Shown here piece after piece: positions 20,457 to 30,193 of a stretch of DNA of 64,000 nucleotides (position 1 is its first letter; every line of letters starts with the position of its first letter). Made by a program: the position numbers and the translations under genes. The notes under the pieces are model-generated. The model was not told the DNA's origin, ran no database searches, and saw nothing but the letters and a program-made list of their open reading frames with translations. The stretch spans positions 115,388-179,387 of the forward strand of contig JACQID010000006.1 of NCBI GenBank assembly GCA_016198685.1. Direction: 5' to 3'. The DNA comes from Candidatus Aenigmatarchaeota archaeon. GTDB lineage: Archaea; Aenigmatarchaeota; Aenigmatarchaeia; GW2011-AR5.

Positions 20457-22250
20457 ATGATTAAACAATTGGTTGAATTTGTAGAGAAATTCCCTGCAAG
20501 AAGTTGGGGAGTAGAACGACTCAAAAACGATCTCGAGCGGTCAAAAAAGAACTTTTTCTTTGCAGTTAATACCAGAGATGACATAAAATACAACGATTTT
20601 CATATAGTGGGGATAGAAAATCCATTTCCTAAAGAAAAAGAGCTATCAAAGAAATTCATCGGCTTGGAGAAATGGTCAGAACAAAACAAAAGTTTACTGA
20701 AATATACGGAGTTTCGTCCATATAGAAAGCCGATAGGGAGTCATAACTCATGTTTAGGCAGTAATAGCGGGCTTGGAACAATAAGTCTTTCGCACTTTGA
20801 GCTGGAAAAAGGGAAAAAAGTAGATGAAAAACTTTCTATGCAGAAAGGGATTAGAGACGAAATCCTCAAAGTTTTTAACGACAAAAAAACTGGCAAAGTC
20901 GTTGCGCATATGCGGGCAATAAATGACGGAATTTTTCAAAATTTAAAAATTAACAGAGGAAAATTAGAAGATTTGTACACCGATTTTTTCAATGACTTAT
21001 TTACTAAAATACCCGAAGAATCGTATAAACAAATATTCAAACACGAGGTCGTAATTTTCAATGATGTAATTCTGGGAATAAAACCACAAGATCGTGTGAA
21101 AAATGAGGATGACGCAGAATCATTTATATATCCTAAATATTTTAATGGTCAGAATAGTAAAAAGCCATTTTTAATAGAATCTAGAACCCGTCCGATTAAA
21201 CGGAACTTGTTAATATCGAAAGCGGATCAAGAAAGAATACATGAATTTATGGTTAAAATACTTCCGGATATAGGAACGCCTTTCATTTTGCCTTTAGAAG
21301 AAAAATTGCAGAAAAAGATGGCTGGAGATATTGCATATAATGAAAAAAATTTCTTTAAAACAGTAGAAAATTTGTTGGATAAAAAAGAGGGAAATAATGG
21401 AACAATTGCAGACAGATTTGATTTCTATTTTGTAGACCTGAGAGCCGGAAAAATATGTTTTTTTGATTATGTATCCAATTATCGGTATGATTTCCAGAAC
21501 CCTTTTTATGAAATTTTCCCGTTGGAAACGAGTATAAAATCGACACAATTTAATAGAAGGAATCTCAATGAAATATTTTCTAGGTTATTGGGTCAAAATA
21601 AAAGCCTTTCGTGCATCCCATGGGCCGATATTCCGAAAAACATGAATACTTCAAAGAAATCTGCATACATCCGGCTTCGGGAAAAAATGTTTGAAACAAT
21701 ATATCTTGGAAAAGCAGTATTGACGGAATATGAAGTGGCAAATCTATGTATTATGTTGATTGAAGATAGTATAATTAATGAAGATCATGCCAAAGTCGGC
21801 CATATTACAAATGATTGTTTAAATTTTTTTATTAACTCTTATTTGTATACTGTTGGAGGCGAAAATATGAGGGAAGATGTAATATCAAAAGCAAAAAAAA
21901 TTCAAGAACAAGTGTCCGGTAAAAAATTTAATCCTATTAGCAAGGAATCAGCGTTTTACTTATTGGGAAGGCTACTCAAAAGACTATGCGATAAATCAGA
22001 AACGTCTAATGAAAAATCAAGACTTCTCCAGCCGATAATAAACACTCATACTATTTCAGGGCTTAATAGAGTTGTCACTGAAAAATTTGTAGAGAAATAT
22101 GCCTATAAAATCAGTGAGAATGATATTGAAACAGCGGAGCTTATAAATAAAGTCCTGCCGTTTTTTGCAGAACAAGACGGAGAAGAACCTATCAGAGATC
22201 TTAAACTATGGCTTTATGCTGGGTTTTTCTCTAATATGAAAGAGGTGTGA
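20457..22250 (+). CDS. cas8b: Type I-B large subunit Cas8b (Csh1-like)
   Basis: Position between cas6 and cas7; N.KKPFL motif; helical C-terminus FYLLGRLL...KYAYKI...YAGF. Confidence 0.78.
   Translation: MIKQLVEFVEKFPARSWGVERLKNDLERSKKNFFFAVNTRDDIKYNDFHIVGIENPFPKEKELSKKFIGLEKWSEQNKSLLKYTEFRPYRKPIGSHNSCLGSNSGLGTISLSHFELEKGKKVDEKLSMQKGIRDEILKVFNDKKTGKVVAHMRAINDGIFQNLKINRGKLEDLYTDFFNDLFTKIPEESYKQIFKHEVVIFNDVILGIKPQDRVKNEDDAESFIYPKYFNGQNSKKPFLIESRTRPIKRNLLISKADQERIHEFMVKILPDIGTPFILPLEEKLQKKMAGDIAYNEKNFFKTVENLLDKKEGNNGTIADRFDFYFVDLRAGKICFFDYVSNYRYDFQNPFYEIFPLETSIKSTQFNRRNLNEIFSRLLGQNKSLSCIPWADIPKNMNTSKKSAYIRLREKMFETIYLGKAVLTEYEVANLCIMLIEDSIINEDHAKVGHITNDCLNFFINSYLYTVGGENMREDVISKAKKIQEQVSGKKFNPISKESAFYLLGRLLKRLCDKSETSNEKSRLLQPIINTHTISGLNRVVTEKFVEKYAYKISENDIETAELINKVLPFFAEQDGEEPIRDLKLWLYAGFFSNMKEV
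21867..22250 (+). CDS. cas11: Internally translated small subunit Cas11 (in frame within cas8b)
   Basis: GGAGG at 21855-21859 followed by an in-frame ATG at 21867, giving a 127-aa helical product. Confidence 0.6.
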   Translation: MREDVISKAKKIQEQVSGKKFNPISKESAFYLLGRLLKRLCDKSETSNEKSRLLQPIINTHTISGLNRVVTEKFVEKYAYKISENDIETAELINKVLPFFAEQDGEEPIRDLKLWLYAGFFSNMKEV

Positions 22251-22254
22251 AAAT

Positions 22255-23169
22255 ATGGATAAGAAAGAATTCAATAATTGGGCAGTAGGTATATCGGTCG
22301 TGCGTTCAATAAACGGGAATTTCAATGCAGACATATCGAGAATGCCAAGAACGCTTCCTGACAAAAAAGGAACAATATATGCAACTGACAAGGCACTCAA
22401 ATATTGCATAAGAAACTATTTGGTTAATGCTAAGAAGGCCAAGGTCTTTATGTGGAGAAGGCAGAACGATAAGCGTGAGCCACTGAACATAGATGAAAAT
22501 TTCAACGTATTATTCAAAAAAGATCCCAAAAGAAGTACCAGAGAAGAAATACTTAATACCCTTCTTACGTGTATTGATGTAAGACTCTTTGGATGTACAT
22601 ATGCTGGAGAAAAAAATAATATTGCGATACACGGGACAACCCAAATTTCATACGGAGTGAATGGTATTCAAGATAATCTTGTTTACTCAAATCAAATATT
22701 AAGTCCGTTCCAAAACTTGAAGAAAGGCGATACGACCCAAGCAACAATGGGCGATGAGTCAAAGGCCCTTGATGTCTGTTATGTGTATGACTACAACATA
22801 AACCCAAACAATATTGGCGCGGATAATGAACAGAGGCTAACTGAAGATGATGTCGAAACGTTTAAGGAAGCTTTGTGCAGGGGAGTAAACAGTGTTAACA
22901 CGACCACAAAAATCGGTTCGGAAACGCTGTTAGTAGTATACGTAGAATTGAACAAGCCAAAAATGCTACAAAATCTGAAAAAGCTTATTCAAATATCAAA
23001 GGACAATGAAGGAAACGTGGCCATAAATATTACTAAACTTGTGGAATATCTAAAGAAATTTGATGGCGATATAGTAAAATCGCAAATTTTTCACGAAAAG
23101 GAAAAAACAAATGTCGTGAACGAAGAGAAATGGGGCAAACTTAAAGAAACAGACCTATTCGGCGAGTGA
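22255..23169 (+). CDS. cas7: Type I-B Cas7 (Csh2-like)
   Basis: NFNAD..RMPR, YATDKALKYCIRNY, IDVRLFG, TTTKIG. Confidence 0.9.
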   Translation: MDKKEFNNWAVGISVVRSINGNFNADISRMPRTLPDKKGTIYATDKALKYCIRNYLVNAKKAKVFMWRRQNDKREPLNIDENFNVLFKKDPKRSTREEILNTLLTCIDVRLFGCTYAGEKNNIAIHGTTQISYGVNGIQDNLVYSNQILSPFQNLKKGDTTQATMGDESKALDVCYVYDYNINPNNIGADNEQRLTEDDVETFKEALCRGVNSVNTTTKIGSETLLVVYVELNKPKMLQNLKKLIQISKDNEGNVAINITKLVEYLKKFDGDIVKSQIFHEKEKTNVVNEEKWGKLKETDLFGE

Positions 23170-23175
23170 TTAAAA

Positions 23176-23928
23176 ATGAGCAAAGTACTGCAGATCTTAG
23201 TTAGTTCAGAGTTTGCTCTGTTTAAACGGAATGACAGTAACGAATTTGCTCTTACATACAATTTTCCCCCGAAAACCCAGATTCTTGGATTACTGGGGGC
23301 AATAATTGGTCTTTCGGGCTATTCTAAGAATGAAAGTAAAGCCGATTTTTATGAAAAACTTAAAGGCTTCAAAGTGGCGATAATACCTGTAGACGAAAAT
23401 AATAAAGCTGTTACAGAACCACCAAAAAAGACTGTTATAACATACAACAACTATCATGGATATGGGAGTATGGAAGAAGGGGGCATACTTCAGGTGAGGG
23501 AGCAATTATTGATTGAACCTAGATATAGAATATTTATTTTTGGGGAAGGCGAGTATTATGATAAATTAAAAAAGAAACTGGAAATGCACGAATATTTTTA
23601 TACGCCTTACTTGGGAAAAAATGAATTTCTTGCGGTAGTTGAGTATGAAGGAGAGAAAGACGCGATAAAAACAACGAAAGGAAATATAAAAATTTCAAGT
23701 ATTTTCTTGAGAGATTATGGCATATTTGCGATGTCCGAGCGAGGAAACAGGAATGAGATACAATTTATTATTGTGGAAGAATACCCTGTTTCATTCGATA
23801 CAAATTATTTGTATCAGAAAAAAATCGTTATATATTCGGACGGCATGCATATTCCGAACTATGAGAAGGTAGAAAAAGACGGTTTTAGAATACTTGAAGT
23901 CGAAGGACAGCATTTATTTTTTATATAA
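23176..23928 (+). CDS. cas5: Type I-B Cas5
   Basis: FALFK, TYNFPPKTQILGLLGAIIG, EQLLIEP.YRI, PYLGKNEF. Confidence 0.9.
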   Translation: MSKVLQILVSSEFALFKRNDSNEFALTYNFPPKTQILGLLGAIIGLSGYSKNESKADFYEKLKGFKVAIIPVDENNKAVTEPPKKTVITYNNYHGYGSMEEGGILQVREQLLIEPRYRIFIFGEGEYYDKLKKKLEMHEYFYTPYLGKNEFLAVVEYEGEKDAIKTTKGNIKISSIFLRDYGIFAMSERGNRNEIQFIIVEEYPVSFDTNYLYQKKIVIYSDGMHIPNYEKVEKDGFRILEVEGQHLFFI

Positions 23929-23947
23929 ATATGAACAGGATAATTGT

Positions 23948-26596
23948 ATGCTGGAAACTTTATGGGCGTATGAACATATATTTCCTAAAAACGTTTTAGA
24001 GAATATATATGCCCATACAGATGACGCTGGAAATTATGAATCCATGGAGATGCACGGGGAAAGAACTCTTTCTAAAGCAAATGATATTATCTCAAAACTG
24101 CATCTTAGTAATATTTTGACGACGCTGAACGGTAAATTATACACAGAACTCAATAGCAATTGCCCCAATGACACTATGAGTCAGGAAGAATTTAATTCTA
24201 ATATGAAGGTACTTCTGGGAACCATTATTTACCTTCACGATATTGGAAAAATAAATAAAAAATATCAACATGAGAGGCTTGAAAATAATGGTGGAGGAAT
24301 TGACGGGTTCATAAATTCTTATCATAGCGCTTATGGGCATATGCTAATAAATCAACTTTTGTTCTCTAAAAAATTGGACACGCCTTTTTATAAAAATAGC
24401 AGACTTGAATTTTGTGCTATAGTGCTTACGACTATCATCAATAGACATCACACGCCATTGCTTGATGTAAAACAATCACCTAGATATAATAGTAGAGGCG
24501 TTTGGGACAATTATAGTAAGCAAATAGATGAGAATTCAATAGGTTTAGCGAATGCTTGCAAACAATCTATTGTAGGAGAGTTTGATATAGAAGTTGAACA
24601 GAACAATAAACACATGTACTCTCAATACTTGGAGAATGGGCGAATGCCCGATAGTATGTTTTTTATGTACAAACTATGGTATTCTATTCTTGTTCAAGCG
24701 GACTGTTTTGCTGCCGAATTATTTTCAGAAAAGAAAGAACCCGAAATAAATTTCATTGACAAAACATTAATGGTGGAGTTGCAGAATAATTTTTATTCTA
24801 CAAAAGAATATAATAGTGAACTCGGAAAAAAAGATTACCTTTTGGGTATGCCAGTAGAAAAAATTGAAGACATTAATGCTCTTAGAACAAGGATGCTATT
24901 AGAGGCTTGCCATACACTTAGAAAGCATGGGGAGAAAAGAATCTTTTATTTGGATGTTCCAACAGGCGGCGGCAAGACGAATATATCAATAAAGCTCGCA
25001 CTTGATTTAGTGGGAAAAGAAAATCTTGTCAGAATAAATTATGTGTTTCCTTTTGTTAATATTATAGAACAAAACCATAGCGAAATAGAAAAAACTCTTA
25101 GGCAGGAGGGAAAGGATACGATATCAAAAATATATATGCTTTCTGACTGGGGGTTTGACGGGGAAACAGAAAAAGAGAACTTTAGACTCAGAAATCAGAG
25201 GTTTCTAAACTATCCGGTGAATGTAGTATCCAATGCAAATTTTTTTAATATATTCCTTAAAAATTCAAAGAAGGCGACTATCAAGATATTAGAATTATGT
25301 AACAGCGTTGTGATACTTGACGAAATCCAATCATTGCCTAATAAAAAATGGATTTATTTCGTAACGTTATTGAAGGGACTTTCAGAATTATATAATATAT
25401 ATTTCATTATAATGAGTGCCACATTGCCAGATTTACGATTATTATTGGGCGAGGAAGGGAAAAAACAGTTTGACGCAATCAATCTATTAGCTCACCCTGA
25501 AATTTATGCAAAACATTCGCGAATGAAGCGGGTTACTTATCAAATAATGAAAGATGCCGATCCAGAGAACGAAATTGATGAAATATTTAAAATATACAAA
25601 AATATAATTGCACAAGAAAAATACAAGAAAATACTTATTGTTGTTAATACCATCGCGGATAGCATAGAAATATATAAAAAAATAGCGAGCCCTAAAGGGT
25701 TCAAAGTATTTCTTCTGAATTCTGCAACTCTGTCTCATAGAAAGAAGGAAGTAATCGATAGCGTAAAATCCGAGCAAAACGTCATTTTGGTATCTACTCA
25801 ATCTGTTGAAGCTGGCGTGGACATAGATTGTGATGTTGGTATAAGGTCCGATGCACCTCTTGATTCTATAGAGCAAGTTGCTGGTAGAGTAAACAGAAAT
25901 GGAGTAAAATCCGTTAAATTATCAAAAGTTTTTGTAGTGCCTTCCAAATCGAAAAAGAATGTCTATGCGGAAGATATTAGAAACATGTTTGACATAACTG
26001 GAGTTAATGGCTTAGATTGTGAAACTCTGTTGCTGAATCGGGATTTTGATTCCTATTACAGAAAAATAATGGAGCGTGTTCTGGAAAGAGAGGATATGAC
26101 TAAAACGAATAAATCACAATTGCTGGAGCCTATGAATAATCTTGAGTTTGATACATTGAACCGACAAGATTATATCGAATCTAAAAGTTTCTCAATTTTC
26201 TTGCCTGTAAAAATAGATTTGAAATATTTTACAAAGCATATGGAATTTATCAATCGAAATAATCTGTCAATAAATGGTCATCTTGACGGTAAGAAAGTTT
26301 GGGAATTCTACATTGGCAATAAAGATAGTAGATTCATTGGCGCTAATAACATGAAAAAAATGCAAATATTGATACAAAGCTTCTGCATCAATCTGACGGA
26401 GCCAAAAAGCTCGAAAAATACATTGAATTTTAGAGAGTTTATAAAATCTTCTCTTAATTTTGCTCAGGAAAGCGAACAAAATATTCTATTCGCGGACGAA
26501 AATTTTGTAAACAAATATTTTGATGAAAATTTTGGTTTGGATATACAAAAAATAAGAAACGATTTCAAAGAATCGAGAGATATGACCATTATCTAA
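23948..26596 (+). CDS. cas3: Cas3 HD nuclease-helicase
   Basis: YAH, LHDIGK, HH, QAD (HD domain); PTGGGKT, DEIQ, MSAT, EAGVDID, QVAGRVNR (SF2 helicase). Confidence 0.95.
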   Translation: MLETLWAYEHIFPKNVLENIYAHTDDAGNYESMEMHGERTLSKANDIISKLHLSNILTTLNGKLYTELNSNCPNDTMSQEEFNSNMKVLLGTIIYLHDIGKINKKYQHERLENNGGGIDGFINSYHSAYGHMLINQLLFSKKLDTPFYKNSRLEFCAIVLTTIINRHHTPLLDVKQSPRYNSRGVWDNYSKQIDENSIGLANACKQSIVGEFDIEVEQNNKHMYSQYLENGRMPDSMFFMYKLWYSILVQADCFAAELFSEKKEPEINFIDKTLMVELQNNFYSTKEYNSELGKKDYLLGMPVEKIEDINALRTRMLLEACHTLRKHGEKRIFYLDVPTGGGKTNISIKLALDLVGKENLVRINYVFPFVNIIEQNHSEIEKTLRQEGKDTISKIYMLSDWGFDGETEKENFRLRNQRFLNYPVNVVSNANFFNIFLKNSKKATIKILELCNSVVILDEIQSLPNKKWIYFVTLLKGLSELYNIYFIIMSATLPDLRLLLGEEGKKQFDAINLLAHPEIYAKHSRMKRVTYQIMKDADPENEIDEIFKIYKNIIAQEKYKKILIVVNTIADSIEIYKKIASPKGFKVFLLNSATLSHRKKEVIDSVKSEQNVILVSTQSVEAGVDIDCDVGIRSDAPLDSIEQVAGRVNRNGVKSVKLSKVFVVPSKSKKNVYAEDIRNMFDITGVNGLDCETLLLNRDFDSYYRKIMERVLEREDMTKTNKSQLLEPMNNLEFDTLNRQDYIESKSFSIFLPVKIDLKYFTKHMEFINRNNLSINGHLDGKKVWEFYIGNKDSRFIGANNMKKMQILIQSFCINLTEPKSSKNTLNFREFIKSSLNFAQESEQNILFADENFVNKYFDENFGLDIQKIRNDFKESRDMTII

Positions 26597-26722
26597 TTTT
26601 CTGCGTGCAACGACACAGAACCCATACATTTTCTTATTTTTCCGCTTCAAACACGGCAAAAATGATAGGTCTGCCGTCCAAAAACAAGAAAGGCTTAATA
26701 AATTTTAATATTATGATAGATT

Positions 26723-26808
26723 ATAGTAATCAAAAATGATAACTTTAACGTATAAAAACACTGAAAATAATGTTTTAATAGTATATAGTAATCAATATTG
26801 ATTACTAT
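26723..26808. promoter_or_regulatory. Two 24-bp palindromic operators upstream of abiEi
   Basis: Perfect palindrome ATAGTAATCAATATTGATTACTAT at 26785-26808; 20/24 copy ATAGTAATCAAAAATGATAACTTT at 26723-26746; TATA-like TTTAAA at 26823-26828. Confidence 0.75.
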
Positions 26809-26849
26809 GATAAAACAAAGTATTTAAACAATGGCACGAATATAGAAAT

Positions 26850-27551
26850 ATGAAGACGATAGAACTCCTGCAGAAGCTAAGAACTATGCCAGTTTTCACG
26901 GTAAATGATCTCTCCCGCATCCTGGGCAAAAGCGACAAATACGTGAAAGTTGTTGCGTACAGGCTCTGCAAACAGGGTCTTGTGAAGCGCATTGAGAGAG
27001 GGAAATATACCGTATATGACGATGCTGTGGAAATAGCGTCGTACATAACAACGCCTTCTTACATAAGCTTCTGGACGGCTCTTCGCATATACGGTCTTAC
27101 CGAGCAGCTACCGTCAGACGCTATGGTAGCAGTAACGAAGCCCAAAAAAGAGATAGATTTTGGGGGCACGAAAATAGCGTTTGCGAAAACGCGCCATTTC
27201 TGGGCGTATGGCAAGATGCGCTACAGAGAATTTGACATATTCATTGCAGACAAGGAGAAGTCCGTGATAGACAGCATGCTCTCGAAAAATACGCCGTTTG
27301 AAGAAGCGGCCAAGGCAATCTTGAGCGGCAAACTGAACTATGAAAAGCTTGTGGAATACGTTCGGAAGACTAAAAATCAATCGCTTGCCAAACGCGTTGG
27401 GTATCTCATGGAGAAAAATAAGGTTGATGCCAATGGACTCCTCGGCATGGTCGGGACATTGTATACGCGCTTAGACACATCGAGGAAAGTCAAAGGGAAG
27501 AGGGATTTCCGTTGGAAAATAATCGTCAATTCGGATGTGGATAAAATATGA
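26850..27551 (+). CDS. abiEi: Type IV TA antitoxin AbiEi
   Basis: N-terminal wHTH (VFTVNDL...RL.KQG.VKRIERGKY), PSYIS..TAL..YGLTEQ.P, ADKEKS.ID, KRVGYL. Confidence 0.88.
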   Translation: MKTIELLQKLRTMPVFTVNDLSRILGKSDKYVKVVAYRLCKQGLVKRIERGKYTVYDDAVEIASYITTPSYISFWTALRIYGLTEQLPSDAMVAVTKPKKEIDFGGTKIAFAKTRHFWAYGKMRYREFDIFIADKEKSVIDSMLSKNTPFEEAAKAILSGKLNYEKLVEYVRKTKNQSLAKRVGYLMEKNKVDANGLLGMVGTLYTRLDTSRKVKGKRDFRWKIIVNSDVDKI

Positions 27552-28330
27552 TATCTTTGGAAGAACTGAAATCGAAGGCAAAGTTAAAGGGGCTCGGGTT
27601 AGGAAACGCCGAAAAGGATTACCTGCTTGACTTGGTGCTTTTTTGGATATCAAAGAATACGAGAGACGAACTTATTTTCAAGGGAGGGACATGCCTGTAC
27701 AAGTTTTACGGTCTGGGACGGTTTAGCGAGGACGTGGACTTTACCGCGGCGAAGCCAATAGACGTCGAGAGGTTATTGCAATCTATAACATCGGGCATAG
27801 AGCAATTCGGGATAAACTGCCATGTCAGGGAAAAAAGAGAGCCCTTCAATTCGGTTCTTGCAACCATTAGATGCGAGGGTCCCCTTTACAACGGCACGCC
27901 GCAGACGTATTCAAGCGTCAGGATAGACATAAACAAGAAGTCCAGCATAGACATGGCGCCCGTGCTCAAGAGCTACTCTTCCATATATACTGAAATTCCA
28001 TCATTCTCCATCCTGACGATGCAAGAGGGCGAAATAATGGCGGAAAAGGCGAGGGCTATCGTGACGAGGAACAAGGCCAGGGACTTGTATGACTTGTGGC
28101 ATCTTATGACAAAAGGCATAATTATAGACAAAAACGTGATAGCGAAAAAGCTGGAATACTATAAAGCAGAATTTAACTATGCGGAATTTGAAAAAGCGGT
28201 AAAGGAAAAGGAATCCGTGTGGGAAAGGGATCTTAAACCGCTTATAAGGAATTTGCCGGACTTTAATGAAATCCAAAAATCTGTACTCTCCGAGGCCAAA
28301 AAATGGAACTCCCGAAAGAAGCGTCAGTGA
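27548..28330 (+). CDS. abiEii: Type IV TA toxin AbiEii/AbiGii nucleotidyltransferase
   Basis: EKDY, FKGGTCL...RFSEDVDF, AEK.RA, RDLYDL; ATGA overlap with abiEi. Confidence 0.92.
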   Translation: MISLEELKSKAKLKGLGLGNAEKDYLLDLVLFWISKNTRDELIFKGGTCLYKFYGLGRFSEDVDFTAAKPIDVERLLQSITSGIEQFGINCHVREKREPFNSVLATIRCEGPLYNGTPQTYSSVRIDINKKSSIDMAPVLKSYSSIYTEIPSFSILTMQEGEIMAEKARAIVTRNKARDLYDLWHLMTKGIIIDKNVIAKKLEYYKAEFNYAEFEKAVKEKESVWERDLKPLIRNLPDFNEIQKSVLSEAKKWNSRKKRQ

Positions 28331-28803
28331 CAGGCGTCCAAGTTGCGTATTACATTATATGCAAACGCAAGTTGTGGCTATTTTCACATAAGATAACGAT
28401 GGAGCATACTTCCGAGAAGGTCGCGATGGGAAGGATGCTTCATGAGGAATCATATGGTAGGAAGAAGAAGGAAATTGGGATAGGCAGCATAAAGATAGAT
28501 TTTATCGAAAACAAAGGCGAAATCCACGAAGTGAAAAAGTCGAAAAGCCTTGAAGACGCCCACGAATGGCAGATGCTGTATTATCTCTATTATTTCAAGA
28601 AGTTGGGTATGGACATGAAAGGGAAGATAGATTATCCGCTCACGCGGCAGAGGGTCGATGTGACGCTCACAGAAGAAAAAGAAAAACAGCTGGAACAGAT
28701 TTTACGAGAAATCCAATCGATAACAGGCAAAGACTCGCCGCAAGAGCCTGTAAAACTCCCGTACTGCAAATCCTGCAGTTATTTCAATTTCTGCTGGTGC
28801 TGA
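28303..28803 (+). CDS. cas4: Cas4
   Basis: YY.ICKRKLWLF, G.LHE, KID, HEVKKS, Q..YYLY, C..CSY..FC. Confidence 0.93.
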   Translation: MELPKEASVTGVQVAYYIICKRKLWLFSHKITMEHTSEKVAMGRMLHEESYGRKKKEIGIGSIKIDFIENKGEIHEVKKSKSLEDAHEWQMLYYLYYFKKLGMDMKGKIDYPLTRQRVDVTLTEEKEKQLEQILREIQSITGKDSPQEPVKLPYCKSCSYFNFCWC

Positions 28804-28940
28804 CAGTTAGCGAGCTTTAAATAATCACTTATGAGCACAGGTTGTGATATGAGCTTATCAAAACGCAATGTCTTGTGTGAGAAAACCATTTATTAAACAA
28901 AGGCGAGAGTAATATATATTTCTGATGCGCAGATGATGCA

Positions 28941-29930
28941 ATGGAAAAGAATTATTACATACTCAAAAGTGGCCGGCTCAGAAGGAAGCAGAATACGGTT
29001 TACTTCGAGGACAAAGACGGTCAGAAGCCGATACCGGTAAATGCGATAAATGCTATCTTCGCCTTTGGCGAACTGGACATAAACTCAAAGCTTCTGTTGT
29101 TTCTCTCGAAAAACAAGATAGCGGTTCATTTTTTTAATTATTACGGTTTCTATTCTGGAAGCTTTTATCCGCGGGAATATCTTCTTTCCGGATTTCTTCT
29201 TGTAAAGCAGGCGGAAAGTTATCTTAACCCGGAGCGGCGGATAAACATAGCCAAAGAATTCATAAGAACCGCATCATTCAATATATTGCAAAACCTTAAT
29301 TATTATGAGCGGCAAGGCAAAGACGTTTCTGCGACCATAAGAGCCATAGAATCGGAAAGAAATAATATAGAGACTGCCAGAAATATACCCGAACTGATGG
29401 GATCCGAAGGGCGAATGCGTGATCTCTATTACCAGTCATTTGATTCCATGCTTCGACCGGGCTTCGAGTTTGAGAAGCGCACGAAGAGGCCGCCGGAAAA
29501 TATGATAAATTGCCTGATTTCTTTCGGCAATCAGCTCCTTTATACGGCGGTATTGAGTGAAATATACCACACCCAGCTCAATCCCACGATATCGTATCTT
29601 CATGAACCCGGAGCGAGGCGGTTTTCATTAAGCCTTGACGTAAGCGAAGTATTCAAGCCGATAATAGTAGACAGGATAATTTTCAATCTTATCAACAACA
29701 GAATAATAAAGGAGGAGCATTTCGACGACAATCTCAAATTCTGTTATCTGAATGAGGCAGGCCGGAGGATATTCTTGTCGCATTTTGACGAGAAAATGAA
29801 AACCACCATACAGCATAAAACGCTGAAAAGGAAAGTATCTTACCGTACTCTTATAAGGCTCGAATGCTATAGGCTGATAAAACACATAATTGAAGGCAAA
29901 AAATATGAAGGCTTCAGGATGTGGTGGTAA
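28941..29930 (+). CDS. cas1: Type I-B Cas1
   Basis: HFFNYYGFYSGSFYPRE, G.EG..R..YY, RPP.N..N.LISFGN, YLHEP...RFSLSLD.SEVFKP, MWW end. Confidence 0.96.
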   Translation: MEKNYYILKSGRLRRKQNTVYFEDKDGQKPIPVNAINAIFAFGELDINSKLLLFLSKNKIAVHFFNYYGFYSGSFYPREYLLSGFLLVKQAESYLNPERRINIAKEFIRTASFNILQNLNYYERQGKDVSATIRAIESERNNIETARNIPELMGSEGRMRDLYYQSFDSMLRPGFEFEKRTKRPPENMINCLISFGNQLLYTAVLSEIYHTQLNPTISYLHEPGARRFSLSLDVSEVFKPIIVDRIIFNLINNRIIKEEHFDDNLKFCYLNEAGRRIFLSHFDEKMKTTIQHKTLKRKVSYRTLIRLECYRLIKHIIEGKKYEGFRMWW

Positions 29931-30193
29931 TGTACGTTATCATAGTCTACGATATCGCGCAGGAGAGGGTTTCCAAGGCATGCAGCCTGCTGAGGCGATA
30001 CCTAAATTGGATCCAAAACTCCGTTTTTGAAGGTGAGGTCTCGGAAAGCGGGCTCCATAAGATAAAACAGGAAATCAAGAAAGTTGTAAAAGAAAGTGAG
30101 GATTCAGTCATTTTCTATGTTACCACGAGCAAAAAAATCGTGGAAAGGGAAGTTCTAGGCATAGAAAAGAATGACACCTCGAACCTGATATGA
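29930..30193 (+). CDS. cas2: Cas2
   Basis: MYVIIVYDI, WIQNSVFEGE, DSVIFY; TAATG overlap with cas1. Confidence 0.95.
   Translation: MYVIIVYDIAQERVSKACSLLRRYLNWIQNSVFEGEVSESGLHKIKQEIKKVVKESEDSVIFYVTTSKKIVEREVLGIEKNDTSNLI

Noticed and set aside
26620-26660. Possible CreA/crRNA-like pseudo-repeat on the minus strand (GTTTGAAG at 26652-26645) upstream of abiE
   Set aside because: Only the first 8 nt match the repeat; no ATTGAAA handle and no spacer-like complementarity to the abiE promoter was seen
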